Positions 35,005 through 48,454 of a stretch of DNA of 64,000 bases are shown piece after piece; positions within the stretch are counted from its first letter, which is position 1; the number at the start of each line of letters is the position of its first letter. Origin of the DNA: Heptranchias perlo (Eukaryota); assembly GCF_035084215.1 (NCBI RefSeq), contig NC_090331.1, positions 71,548,001-71,612,000 of the forward strand, written 5' to 3'. Below the pieces are notes generated by a model. It did no database searches and had not been told where the DNA came from. It saw nothing but the letters and a program-made list of their open reading frames with translations. The position numbers and the translations under genes are program-made.

Positions 35005-35830
35005 CAGAAAGAACTTACACTCATAATACGTCTTATCACATCCTCAGGATGTCTCAATTACTTTTGAAGTAGTCACTGTTGTTACGTAGACAAACATAGC
35101 TGTCATTTGCGCCCAGCCATGTCCCAGAAATAGCAAATTAGATAAATGATCAGGTCATTGTTTTTAACTTCCACCTGAAATGGGCATGAAGATGGCGGAG
35201 CGGCGATCCTGCCTATCCAAAGCCAGCTTTGGGAGGCCCAAACTATTTTTAGGGTTCGGGCCTCATTTGAATGCAGCCGGCGAGCAACGGGTAATAAACG
35301 CTCTGCTGCCAGTTCTTGGAAGGGGTGGGGGGGGGGGGAAGAGTAGGGGCCAGCAGCGGGCTGCAACATTTTTGTTGAGCCAAAGATGAGAGAAAAATAT
35401 TTAGGGAGCCTTTTGTACTTCAAAATTGCAATCAGCGTCCTACAATGGCATAGGACCCCTATTTGTATATTTAAAACAGCCTCTCGTCCAAAAGAGGTGG
35501 GTGTGCTGTGCACTCATTTAGAGCCTGTAAATTGCACCAGATGGGTGTTGGGCATCCAAGGAGTGTGGGCGGGGGGCTGAGGTCCCACCAATTTTCCTCT
35601 GTTGGCTGCCTGTTTTTCAGACAAAATAATAAGTGGGTGGCAGTTGAAATTGCCCCCAATAAGTAGTGTTGGTTGAGGGAGAAAGGTTGTGCAAGACACC
35701 AGGAGAATTCCTCACTCTTCCTCGAATAGTGTCCTATAATAGGCCGATGGGGGCCTTTGTATAACATATCTGAAAGCTGGTCCCTTCAGTAATGCAGCAT
35801 TCAGTCAATAATGCACCGAAATATTGCTGG
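35005..35830 (-). mobile_element. DeuSINE split by a MITE-like insertion (about 35160-35657)
   Basis: SINE tail at 35005-35160 and core at 35660-35830. The intervening segment ends GGGTGGCAGTTGAAATTGCCCC, roughly inverse to TTTTAACTTCCACC. Confidence 0.6.
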
Positions 35831-36199
35831 AAATCTATTTTTTGTCATTTTTTAGTACTAAAATGCGACCACAAATAAAAAGGGGTTGTTCATTGACAAG
35901 TGAGCAAAATGCATTTTCCACCGGAATAATAACAGATGAGGAAGCCAAAAAGGTAAAGTTACAAAGCCATTTAGAATTATCAGCAATAGTCAGCAGATGA
36001 TTGGTAAATACATTCTGCAACACAACTCAGGGTTTCCTCCAACATATCAAAATCCCTGCACTGCAACTGCAATCTCCTTCACTGAAAGTTGGACAAATTT
36101 CAAAATATTAAGTGTTTCCACATATGAAATTGTACATCTCAATCCATATCTGCAGAATAAATCAGAAATCTAGTGACCCATTTGAATAACAATCAATTG

Positions 36200-39150
36200 C
36201 ACTTAAATTTTGCCTTTAATGCTATTAAATGTAATAAAGTGCTTGACAGAGGTGAAAATAACTGAACACCTAGCAGGATTAGGGGTGGTGACTGAAGGCA
36301 AATTCAGAGTTAGATTTTAAGGAGGCTTTTGAAGGAGGGAAGAGAGGTAGCAAAGCAGAGCCGCTTAGGGAACAGGTTCCATAGTGTGTGGGCAAAATGA
36401 TAGAAGGCTCTGTAGCCGAAGGTGGAGTGAAGAGAAAAAAGGATGCAAAGATGGCCAGAACTGGAAAAGTGGAAAGCTGAATGAAGTTGCAGAAGTTGGG
36501 AGAGATGAGGATATAGAAGGATTTGTAGATGATGATGATGAGGATCTTGACATCATTGCATTGGGAAAAATGGAGTAAGTGATGGTTGGTGAGCATAATA
36601 TTAATAGGGGGATGGGATAGGACACGGGTGACAGAGATATATTTTAACTTGTGAAGGGCAGAAGTCATGCAGCTGGCAAGGAAAGCACGATAATAATTGA
36701 ATCTGAAGGTAACAAGGCATGGATATAGCGGCAGTGGAGCAAGGTTGGTGGGCAATATTGCAGAGGTACCAATAGGTGGGCTTGGTGGTAGCTAGGATAT
36801 AGGCTTGAAGCTCAGCTCAGGATCAAATAGGACATGGAGGTTATGCATTATCTGGCTCCGTCTGAGGGAGCTGCCAGAGAGTGGGTGGAGCGGCGGGGAG
36901 GCAGGTGCAATGTGAAATATTTGGCAGGAACCAAAAATTATGGCTTTCATCTTCCTGATGTTGAGTTGAAGGAGAACTTGACCATCCAGGACTTGACGTT
37001 GGCTGACCAGTAAGGAAGCACAGTCTTGGTCGAGCAGTGAAGAGTATATATATATATTAAAAAAATAAAAAGCTGACCCATACCAACACCAAGGAATGCC
37101 ATGAAGACAAGGTAGAGAAGGGGCCAAGGATGGAATCTTGGGGCATATCTGGTGTGAACATGCAGGAGTGGGTGAAGAAACGATTACAAGATATGTGTGG
37201 ACTGCAATAAGATAGATGGTTATGAACCAAACTAAGACAATACCACAGTGGCAGAACACAAAGGAGAAATAGTGGACAAGTATGGAATAGTCATAGAGGA
37301 GGAGGAGGTAGAGTGCTCTATATTCAGTTACAAAATAATTCATTGGTAACTTTGACGAAGGCAGTCTCGGTGCTATGGCAGGACAGAAAGGATCCAAGGA
37401 GGGGGTAAATAAGAAAGCTTGGAGTGGAGCTGGGTGGCAACGACAAGTTTGAGAATTTGCGAGAGGTAGAAGAGTTTGGAGAAAGGCTAGTAGTTGGCAA
37501 GGTCCAAGGGATCAAAATTGTTTTTTTTTTGAGGAAAAAGTGATAACCACAGTCTTGAAAAGGTTGGAGGACAGAGTCTGAAGTCAGGGAGATATTGATG
37601 ATGTCACAGACCATTGGGCTGAACACGGGTCATTGTGTGATGAGGAGGTACATCGTACAGGTTGAGGGCACAGGAGGTGGGTCTCAGATGAGATGAGCTT
37701 GGTGATGTCTTGGCACTGATGGTGAGGTGGTGTAAAGTGATCTGCAGTTGGGGAGTGTGGGTAGGGAGTGGCTGAGGCAGCCAAGCAGATGGTCTCGACC
37801 TCTGAGACAAAGAAATCCATGAGTTCCTCACATTTGGTGTTTGCGGTGAAAATGTGAGAAGCAGAGGAAAAGGAATGAAAGAGATGGTTACACCATTAAG
37901 ACAGAAGCCTAGGATTACCCACCTTGCAGGATAATCCTGGAGCAGATGAAGAATTTGGATGAGGGATGAGAAGCACATTATTGTGTTCGATGATCAGGCC
38001 AGTTGTGAGCCAGGTGCACTCTAGACTGCAACATTTAGCATTAAGGACACAGAAACAAGAACTATTCCAGGGGAATGGTGGAGATGGAAGATAGTGGAGG
38101 ACTTGGAAAAGTCAAGAGCATCAAAGGACAGAGACAAGGGAGCTGCCGGGGAGATTGAGTGCAAGTTGTGTATCACGGCAGGTGGAAGGTCAGGGGAAAG
38201 GAAGTTGGGAATTTGAGAGGGTGTTTGAAAGGCTGGAAATAGTTTGTCAAGAAATGGAGGGTATTTGTTAAGGGTTTGAAGCAGGAAGCGTGATGTCAAT
38301 TTGAGGGAAATGAGAAAGAGATCTCAGACGTAGTAAGACCTTTTGAGATGACAAGATTGAGAGGTGTTTTGTGTAGAGTGAGGTTGAGCGAGGACAGAAG
38401 GGCACAGAAATTAGAATAGATGGGGCTAAAGAAATTCAGATGAAGGTTGAAATCCCCGAGGATGAGTCATTGCTTGGTGCAGAAGGTGAGTGTGGAAAGG
38501 AAGGAAAAGATTTTCGGTAGGAAGCTGCAAGAGGACTTGGAAGGGTGGTATACAGGAGAGATTTTGAAAGAGAAGTGGAAAAATGGGTGGGGTGGGATAA
38601 GGTGTGGTAATAAAAGGAGGAAGCAGCCAAAGGAGTAAGGGGAAAAGTGAAAAATAAACCAGGTGATGACGGTTAGGCTGAATGATGTGGCTTCAGCTTC
38701 AGTTAGGGAGAAGGAGTCACCATCTGTAACTCAAGTTTTCATAAGGCCCAGATTATTACTGGACCCATTTGGATTGAGGTCTTCGATGCCAAAATCCTTA
38801 TTTGCAAGGGAATGAACATTTTGAAAGATGACAGAAGTGGATGGGTAGTAGGAGAACAGCGGAGAAGGAACAGTGAAGAAATTGGAGAGGTTTCTTCTTA
38901 GAGGGGGAAATGGACTTTATGATGAGATAGGAAAATGAGGCAGCTTTGGGAGAACCAGTGGTGTGAGCTGCAATTGGGGCAGCAGAGAGAGCAAAGGCCA
39001 GTAACAGGCCCGTGCAGCGGGGGTTCAATCCTGAGGCAACGGGGTGAGAAATAGGAAGTGAATTAACAGGGGACAAGAAAATAGATGGTAGGACAAGTGG
39101 TGGAGAGGAGGCGATCAAAAAGTAAAACAAGAAAGGGCAGCAAAAATGCC
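36200..39150 (-). mobile_element. Old, heavily decayed L2 LINE
   Basis: CHSTETAFVKVTN, LQLNIRKMKAIIFG, NLHVLFDPELSFKP and DIINISL..D motifs; purine-rich + strand like the other minus-strand L2 copies. Confidence 0.75.
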
Positions 39151-39879
39151 CCTGCAGGGGTACAGAGAATTGGTTATGGGTGACATATAAACTGCTTATG
39201 CATCACTGTGTGCATCTTTGGTAGAGTGTGTTGTGGGTACCAAACAAGGTTCAAGGCCTGCTGGTGATCCAAGGAATTCGGGACTGGTGTTGAAGGATAT
39301 CTAGATCTGACGGTAGAGAGAAAAAATCCAGAGCCTGGGTGATGGTTGAAGAGAGTCCAAGCTTGAAGGTTGTTTCAGGTTAAGTGTACCAGAATCTCAA
39401 AATCCAGTCACATTAGAAATCAGTGAACAATATTATAACCTTCTATAATTAAGTAGGCATCTAAATACCCTTGGATATATACTGCTGCAATGAAATGGAA
39501 TTTTCACTGAAAACAATATAAAAAGACATTCAGTAATTGATGTGAGTGCACTTTGCAAAATATAATGCAGAATCATTTTGAAAGATTATTCATAGTATGT
39601 ATCATTAAACTACCACTGTATAATTCAACAGCTAAGCAAAAACTGTCCAAAAGTATATAGTTATTGGACACACATTCGAAAAAAGTTGCAAATAAGGATG
39701 AGGTAAACAGACATCGCTTTATGGAAATCAAAAAACTACACAACCAAGTCAAACTCTAGTTAAAAACAGAAATGAATCCGTGATAAACTTTCTTCCAGTT
39801 TAAAATAACTTGCAATGAGTTTTAAAGAAACTACTGACCAAATTATTCTAGATTAGAAAAGATCACCATAAAACATTAT

Positions 39880-42800
39880 CAACAGCACATGTATATCCGA
39901 TACATAAGAGAGGGGGAGGTGTATCTGGACAGTTTGCTCCAGACCTCGGTCACACCTCGTAGAGAGGTATAGGGTCGGAATGGGGTTTGTGTGACCAATA
40001 GTGTACAGAGTAAGGGGAACCCAGGTGAGATAGAGAATGAGGATCCGCAGAAACTGATTCTATCCAACACGTACAATGTACTTGCTACCTGTGAGGATAA
40101 GGATAAAGACTGTCAGAAGGACAGGCAGAATGCTGACCGTGGCATCCTGGAGCAGGAGGCTTTCCAAAGGGTGGAGGAGGAGGCGAAGTGTGATGTGGTA
40201 GTTGTGGGGGATTCAATAATTAGGGGGAAGAGAAAGCATCCTTTGTAAGCAGGATCGAGAGCCCCACGTGGTACGTTGCCTACCTGGTGCCAGGGTGAGG
40301 GACATCTCAAGCCGGCTTGAAAGAATATTGGAGAGGGAGGGGAAGGATCCAGTCGTTGTGGTCCATGTTGAGACCAACAACATAGGAAAAAGTACGTAAG
40401 AGGTCCTTTTCAGAGAGTACCAGGAGATAAGAGCTAAATTTTAAAAAAAAGGACCTCAAGAGTTATAATCTCTGATTACCCATGCCATGTGCAAATTGGC
40501 ATAGGGATAAGCAGATTAGGGAGGCGAACACATGGCTGAAGGAGTTGTGTGGGAAAGGAGGGTTCTATTTCATGGGGCACTGGCACCAGTACTGGGAAAG
40601 AAAGGAACCGTACTGCTGGAATGGACCCCACCTGAACCGGGCTGGGATCAGGGTCCTAGCCGAAAGGATTAATAGGGTGGTCACAAGGACTTTAAACTAG
40701 TAAATGGCATTGTGGGGGGGGGGGGGGGGAGGGCCTCAGGTGGAAGAGGTAATATAAATAATAATTCTAAAGCAAGCGAAAAGGAAGAGAGCAGAGTGAG
40801 AGTCAAAAATTATGCTTTAGGCACTAAAGGTAAAGGGAAAACTAAAAGATGTAAAGTAATTAAATTGAGAGAGAGAAATAAGAAATGTGTGAGAAAAACA
40901 TTAGAGCAGAAGGACAGGTTAGGGTGCGTGGCACAAATAAGCGTTCTTTGTACAAATGCACAGAGTATAAGGAACTAATTGAATGAATTGCAGGCGCAAA
41001 TTCAATTTAAAGGGTACGACGTGGTAGCCATTACTGAGACATGACTGCAAGATGGTCAGGACTGGGAACTGAATATACCAGGTTATAAGGTCTACAGGAA
41101 GGATAGGGAAACTGGTAGAGGGGGAGGAGTAGCCCTAGTGATTAAGGATGAAATTACTTCAGCGATAAGAGAGGATATAACGCGAGGTAAGCAGGCAGTG
41201 GAGACTTTATGGGTAGAATTAAAAAATAGAAAAGGATCTAAGACTGTAGTGGGAGTTGTGTATAGACCCCCTGGTAGCAGCTGTGAAGTGGCAGAAAGTA
41301 TAAATGCAGAGATCAGACAAGCATGTAGCAAAGGCAGAGTGGTTTTAATGGAAGATTTTAACTTTCATATTGACTGGGATAAGCAGACAAGTTCATGTCA
41401 GAAAGGTAGGTAGTGAATTTCTTGAGTATGTTCAGGACAGCTGTCTGCAATAATATGTCCTCGAACCACAAGGGGGCTGGCCATATTAGATTTAATAATG
41501 AGTAATGAGTCAAATTTAGTTAACAGCCTAACGGTGCGTGAACATTTATCTAATAGCGATCATAATATGATCGATTTTAACATTCTGTTTGAAAGGGAGA
41601 AACCCATATCAACCACTAAGACTGTGAATTTAGGTAAGGCCGACTTCAACAGGCTGAGACAGAGGCTGTCCACAGTAAACTGGGCAAATCTGTTAATGGG
41701 TAAAATGACAGACGATCAGTGGGAGACCTTGAAAAAGAATTTAACGTGATACAGAACCGGTTTATACTCGTTAGGGGCTACTTGCCAATAACAAAACCAT
41801 GGACGACATAAGTGATAAGGGACAACATAAAGCTAAAAGAAAAAGCATTGAAAAATGCAAAAAATAGCATAGTTCCTGGCAACTGGGAGAGATACAAAGA
41901 ATTGCAAAGGGTGACAAAACAGATTGTAAAGCTACAAAAGAAAAGTATGAAAAGAAACTTGCAAGGGATATTAAAAACAACACAAAAAATGTTTACAATT
42001 ACATTAGGAAAAAGAGGGTGGTCAAGAGCAATGTGGGCCCTGTAAATATTGTAAATGAAAATAAGGAAATGGTGGACATGTTAAATAAGTACTTTGTGTC
42101 AGTATTTACAGTAGAGGAAGAGGATAACACGCTGAACAACCCAAGGAAACTAATTTTGAATCAGGGACGGGGACTCACCATAATTAATGTAAGCAAATTA
42201 ACAGTAATGAAGAAAATAATGGCACTAAAGAGTGACAAATCCCCAGGACCAGATGGTTTTCATCCCAGGATTTTAAAAGAAGTAGGTGAGAACATTGCAG
42301 AAGCCCTAACTATAATCTTCCAAAGTTCGCGCACTTCAGGAACCGTTCCTTCAGACTGGAAAATTGCATGTCACTCTGCTATTTAAGAAAGGCGAGAGAG
42401 GGAAACCAGGGAATTATCGACCAGTTATCGACCAACATCTGTTGTCGGGAAATTACTAGAGTCTATAATTAAGGATAGAGTGACTGAACACCTTGAAAAT
42501 TTTCAGCTGATCAGAGAGAGCCAGCATGAATTTGTAAAGGGTAGGTCATGTCTGACAAACCTGATTGAATTTTTTGAAGAGGTGACTAAAATAGTGGACA
42601 GGGGAATGTCTATGGATATTGTTTATATGGACTTCCAGAAGGCAGTCGATAAAGTTCCTCATAAGAGCCTGTTAGCTAAAGCTGAAGCTCATAGAATTGA
42701 GGACAAATTATTGATCTGATTAGGAAATTGGCTGAGTGACAGGAGACAGAGAATAGGGATAATGGTACTCAAATTGGCAGGATGTGACTAGTGGTGTCCC

Positions 42801-45615
42801 ACAGGGATCTGTGTTGGGGCCTCAACTATTCATTGTATTTATTAACAACTTAGATGACGGGATAGAGAGCCACATATCCAAGTTTGCCGATGACACAAAG
42901 ATAGGCAGCGTTGTGAGCAGTGTAGATGGAAGCATAAAATTACGAAGAGATATTAATAGATTAAACTGTGGCAAATGACAAATGGATTTCACTGTAGGCA
43001 AGTGTGAGGTCATCCACTTTGGACCTAAAAAGGATAGATCAGAGTACTTTCTAAATGGCGAAAAGCTCAAAACGGTGGTGGTCCAAAGAGACTTCGGGGT
43101 CCATTGTACATAGATCATTAAAATGTCATGGATAAGTACAGAAAATAATCAAAAAGGCTAATGGAATGCTGGCCTTTATATCTAGAGGACTAGGATACAA
43201 GGGGGTAAAAGTTATGCTGCAGCTATACAAAGCCCTAGTTTGACCACACCTGGAGTACTGTGTTCAGTTCTGGACAACGCACTTTAGGAACGGTATATTG
43301 GCCTTGGAGGGAGTGCAGTGTAGAGTTACTAGAATGATACCTGGACTCCAAGGGTTAAATTACGAGGAGAGATTACACAAACTAGGGTTGTATTCCCTGG
43401 AATTTAAAAAATTAAGGGGTGATTTGATCGAAGTTTTCAAGACATTAAGGGGAACTGATAGGGTATAGAATCATAGAAAGTTATGGCACAGAAGGAGGCC
43501 ATTCGGCCCATTGTGTCCGTGCTGGCCAAAAAAGAGCTATCCAGCTTAATCCCACTTTCCAGCATTTGGTCCGTAGCCCTGTAGGTTGCGGCACTTCAAG
43601 TGCACATCCTAGTACTTTTTAAATGAGTTAAGGATTTCTGCCTCTACCACCCTTTCAGGCAGTGAGTTCCAGATCCCCATCACCCTCTGGGTGAAAAAAT
43701 TTCTCCTCAGCTCCCATCTAATCCTTCTACCAATTACTTTGAATCTATGCCCCCTGGTCACTGACTCCTCTGCTAACGGAAATAGGTCCTCCCTATCCAC
43801 TCTATCTAGTCCCGTCATAACTTTATATACCTCAATTAAATCTCCCCTCAGCCTCCTTTGTTCCAAAGAAAACAACCCCAGCCTATCCGATCTTTTCTCA
43901 TAGCTAAAATTCTCCAGCCCTGGCACACCCTCGTAAATCTCCTCTGTACCCTCTCTAGTGCAATCACATCTTTCCTGTAACGTGGTGACCAGAATTGTAC
44001 GCAGTACTCAACCTCCCAGCTCTTATATTCTATGCCTCGGCTAATAAAGGATAGTATCCCGTATGCCTTTTTAACCACCTTATTTACCTGTCCTGCTACC
44101 TTCAGGGATCTGTGGACATGCACTCCAAGTTCCCTCTCTTCCTCTACACCTCTCAGTATCCTCCCATTTATTGTGTACTCCCTTGTCTTGTTTGCCCTCC
44201 CCAAATGCATTACCTCACACTTCTCTAGATTGAACTCCATTTGCCACTTTTCTGCCCACCTGACCAGTCCACTGATATCTTCCTGCAGTCTACAGCTTTC
44301 CTCCTCACTATCAACCATTTGGCCAATTTTTGTATCATCTACAAACTTCTTGATCAAGCCCCCAACATTCAAGTCCAAATCATTAATATATACCACAAAA
44401 AGCAAGGGACCTAATACTGAGCTGTGTGAGACCCCACTGGAAACAGCCTTCCAGTTGCAAAAACACCCATCAACCATTACCCTTTGCTTCCTGTCACTGA
44501 GACAATTTTGGATCCAAAAAACTAGCCACCTTCCCTTGGATCCCATGGTCTTTTACTTTCTTGACCAGTCTGCCATGTGGGACTTTGTAAAAGGCCTTGC
44601 TAAAATCTATATGCACTACATCAAACACGTTACCCTCATCAACTCTCCTAGTTACCTGCTGAAAAAATTCAATCAAGTTCATCAGACATGACCTTCCCTT
44701 AACAAATCCACGCTGACTGTACTTGATTAACCTGTGCCTTTCTAAATGACGATTTATGCTGTCCCTCAGAATGAATTCCAATAGTTTGCCCACCACCGGG
44801 GCTATACTGACTAGCCTGTGATTACTCGGTCTATCTCTTTATCCCTTTTTAAACAACGGTACAACGTTAGCAGTCCTCCAATCCTCTGGCACCACGCCTG
44901 TAGCCAGGGAGGATGGGAAAATGATGGTCAGAGCCTCCATTACTTCCTCCCTTGCTTCTCTTAGCAGCCTGGGATACATTTCATCCGGGCCTGGCAATTT
45001 AACTACTTTCAAAGATGCTAAACCCCTTAATATTTCCTCTCTCACTATGTTTATCCCATCCAATATTTCACATTCCTCCTCAACTACAATCTTTGCATCG
45101 TCCCCCTCTTTTGTGAAGACAGACGCAAAGTATTCATTAAGAACCATACCACATCTTCCACCTCCACATATAGGTTACCTTTTTAGTCTCCAATAGGCCC
45201 TACTCTTTCCTTAATTATCCTCTTGCTCTTTATGTATTTATAAAAATTTTTTGGGTTTTCCTTAATTTTACTTGCCAGTATTTTTTCATGCCCTCTCTTT
45301 GCTTTTCTAATTTCCTTTTTAATTTGGATAGAAAGAAACTATTTCCTCTGGTTGGTGAGTCTAGGACTAGGGGACATAGCCTAAAAATTAGAGCCAGGAA
45401 ACACATCTGCACGCAAAGGGTGGTAGAAGTTTGGAACTCTTTTCCGCAAACAGCAGTTGATGCTAGCTCAATTGTTAATTTTAAATCAGATTGATAGATT
45501 TTTGTTAACCAAAAGGTATTAGGGGATGTGGAGCTAATGTTGGTATATGGAGTTCAGTCACAGATCAGCCATGATCTCACTGAATGGTGGAACAACCCCT
45601 GTTCCTGTGTTCTTA
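39880..45615 (+). mobile_element. Near full-length CR1 LINE (ORF1 SGNH esterase plus ORF2 APE/RT), disrupted
   Basis: ORF1 VVVVGDSIIRG, VVVHV.TN and GPHLN. ORF2 CTNAQSIRN, VGVVYRPP, DFNF, SDHNMI, KSPGPDG, KGRSCLTNLIEFF, GVPQGSVLGP and KFADDTK. The 3' end resumes at about 45327. Confidence 0.92.
43466..45326 (-). mobile_element. CR1 LINE (different subfamily) nested antisense in the above CR1
   Basis: Tail TAGAATCATAGAAAG at 43466. RT ORFs at 43848-44546 and 44494-44796. The host reads GATAGGGTA | GGATAGAAAGAAACTATTTCC across the insertion. Confidence 0.9.
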
Positions 45616-46667
45616 TATTAAATGAACAATGACATTTTACAACAGCCTTTCATCTATTCAAAATGTACCAACATTAATCTGCTGATCGCCCCCACACTTC
45701 CTCCTAGCATTTTAATATGATCTTTAACAACTATTCATTTCACCAATTTAATTTTACCAAGCTATCTGAAAATAACATCACACAGTTGCGATATGTCTGT
45801 GGCCACACACCATCCTTCTTGTTACAGATATGCAGGAATCCCCATCATACATCAAATTCAGCGACTAGCACTTGGGCTTATTCATTCTAAACAAGGAAAC
45901 ACACTTCAGCAACTTTGACCAATAGTCACAGTGAAAGCACCACCCATCAACAAATTAACTGTGGGTATGGTCTTTGAATAGCTTTTTGCTTCCGTTACTT
46001 AAATGCTAGAGAGAAGAAAAAACAGATTCTGTTCAGGCTAGAATTTCAATGGTCTCTTTCTAAAAAACAAATGAATAGATTGTTTAAACTTAAAGTTTTC
46101 AGTCCTCTACCATTTGATTCTAACCAATTTCACGTCCAAAGTTATCACATCTGTAATTTGTGTTTAACTTCACTGCAAATCAAACGGCTTTTGTTTACAC
46201 CAATATTTTTACAATAAATTTTCAACAAATTTTGTCTGTGTTACACAATGTGAACAGTACAGTTTCCACTTTGCAACCTCAAACTGTGAAGTACTGTATT
46301 ACCTACCAAAATATATAAGACAAGATATGCAGTTATCCTACAAACCAACAGAAAAGCAAAAGGTATATGAGCAGATGTGAAATCGATTTGTGCAGTCTAT
46401 TCAAGCACTTTCTTGAAATTTAAAATAGTCATGTTCTCTTCAATTGACAATGTAAAGCTTTTGGACTCTTCCTAGGGTCAGTTACTTCACACTGCAGCCA
46501 ACAAAAGAATCAATGCCTGAATTGTCTGGGTCATGTTGACTGGCTTTAGAACTCCAGAAGTTTCTTTTATTTGCAGATGTTTTTGCCAAAAGAAAATTGG
46601 GAAAAATACTTTAGTCCCAGGCTGGTCAAAAGGAAAAATAAAAAAAATGCTGATAATGTAAACTTGT

Positions 46668-46950
46668 CAACAGCAACTTGCATTTAATATAGTACCTTCA
46701 ATGTAGTAAAGCATCCCAAGGCACTGCACAGGAACGTAATCAAACAAAAAGATTGACACTGAGCCATAGGAGGAGATATTAGGATAGGTGAAAGAGGTAG
46801 GTTTTAAAGAGCATCTTAAAGGAGGCAAGAGAGGTGGCGAGGCAGAGCATTTTAGGGAGGGAATTCAAGAGCTTAGGGCCGAGACAGTTGAAGGCATGGC
46901 CGTCAATGGCGGGGTGAAGGGAGTCGCGGATGCGCAAGAGGCCAGAAACA
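46668..46950 (-). mobile_element. L2 3'-end fragment
   Basis: CAACAGCAACTTGCATTTAATATAG...AAAGAGGTAGGTTTTAAAGAGCATCTT, similar to 8680-8950. Confidence 0.8.
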
Positions 46951-47902
46951 TCAGGTGGGGTTTACTTCCCTATCAGTGCAGTGTTAATTTCGGTTGTGAG
47001 GTGTTTCTTTAATTGCAGAACCTCTCACCAGTGTGCTTGGCAGTATAGATTAAACAGCACACCTGACAAAACAAAGGTTGCTGGAGAATTTCTCTGTATA
47101 AAACCAGCTCTGACTTCAATTTACAATCACACTGTTGGATAATCCAACAATCCAAATATATCAACTTAATTAAGTCTGGGTCATCTTGCAGTACCAGCAC
47201 CTGACTCTCCTAGTCCTCATTACCATGCCTTTAAGATGGTGATGCTGAAACAAAACAACAAGATTGCAGACAGTGTTGCGCATTTTCTGGCATAACACAT
47301 ATATTCCTTTATCTTCCCAAATAATAAGACTGTTTACTTTGTCATCTCCCCATTGTGCTTTCTTTTGTTCAAAACAGAATAAGGTTCTCACTATTCAATC
47401 ATTTTTTTTTTCATGGGTAAGCAGGCTGTATGAATTTGCTGCTTAGCCAATACACAGAAATATTGCACGCTCCACATTTGGATTCACGTAAGTTTTGTCC
47501 ATTTACTCTGGTTAAATGGGTCATTAGCTGCTTGAGAAATATTAAACAAACATTTTTTCAGGTGCATCATGTTGGTTGTTTTTTGGTCATTCCAGATAAA
47601 GATTTATATTGATCACCACTGCAGGCAGTAAAATTGACCTAACCCACCATTTTATATGCAGGTCTTGAATTTCAAGTTATTAACCTTTTTTCAAACATGA
47701 AATACGAGGAATCTGTAAATTTAGAGAACACCAATACCAACTATAAAGATTAAATAGATTAGTACAACATGGAAATATTCACATATAACTACAACACACA
47801 ACCTTTCTATTTCTCCTTTGTATTCTACAGTTTCCCTTTGTAGGATCACAAGACTCCTTCCAATTATTGCTTTTGTGGCACTATAATCAAGATCATACTT
47901 AC

Positions 47903-47969
47903 ATTCAGTGTACTGTTGCAGCTGAGCAAATTCTGCTGGACTTAGGATAACCCATGTTCCATCACTCAT
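47903..47969 (-). CDS. DGKG: Type I diacylglycerol kinase, first coding segment (67 bp: MSDGTWVILSPAEFAQLQQYTE plus 1 nt)
   Basis: ATG preceded by an in-frame TAG; donor T|GTAAGT. The W..LSP.EF.QLQ.Y.EY motif matches type I DGK N-termini. Trp at position 6 and the MSDG start resemble DGKG more than DGKB as recalled. Confidence 0.92.
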
Positions 47970-48286
47970 TTTCTAAAAATTCGCTTAGCCCAAATTGTTA
48001 CTCATGAAGAGAGTATGACAAATCCCAAAGTAATGTGCTTCTAGAAAGATCTGGTCCCAGAAAACATGGTTTCTCCTTTACAAATGGACAGAAGGAATTC
48101 TCTGATGCTTTGTTTACTCTTGCTGGTGTGGTTTTACATTTGCCTGTGGGCAACCACGCTTCTCTTCACAAGGAAGCTGCTCATTAACCGTTCTTAGTTT
48201 CTCCCTTGAATTGTTTCATTAACAAGACTCTTCGAATAAAATCCATTCATATTTTTGAAGGGTGAATCGTACAAGTTTGCTCAAAT
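47970..48286 (-). other. 5'UTR portion of the DGK start-codon exon
   Basis: Strong acceptor TTGTACTTTTTTATGCTTTTGCAG ending at 48287, giving a predicted 384-bp exon. Confidence 0.6.
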
Positions 48287-48454
48287 CTGCAAAAGCATAA
48301 AAAAGTACAATGAGACAGTAAAGAAATCCACACAAATTGAAATAATTTCACAATATTTTAGTCATATTAAGGTGCACGGCAGGTTTAATTGTGAGTTGTA
48401 GAACGTGTGACTTTTTCCTTTAATTATCAAAATTCATCACCTTCTTCTCTTTGA

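Noticed and set aside
36792-37397. 201-aa hydrophobic ORF
   Set aside because: Off-frame reading of a decayed L2.
44032-44691. 219-aa plus-strand ORF
   Set aside because: Antisense shadow of the CR1 RT region.
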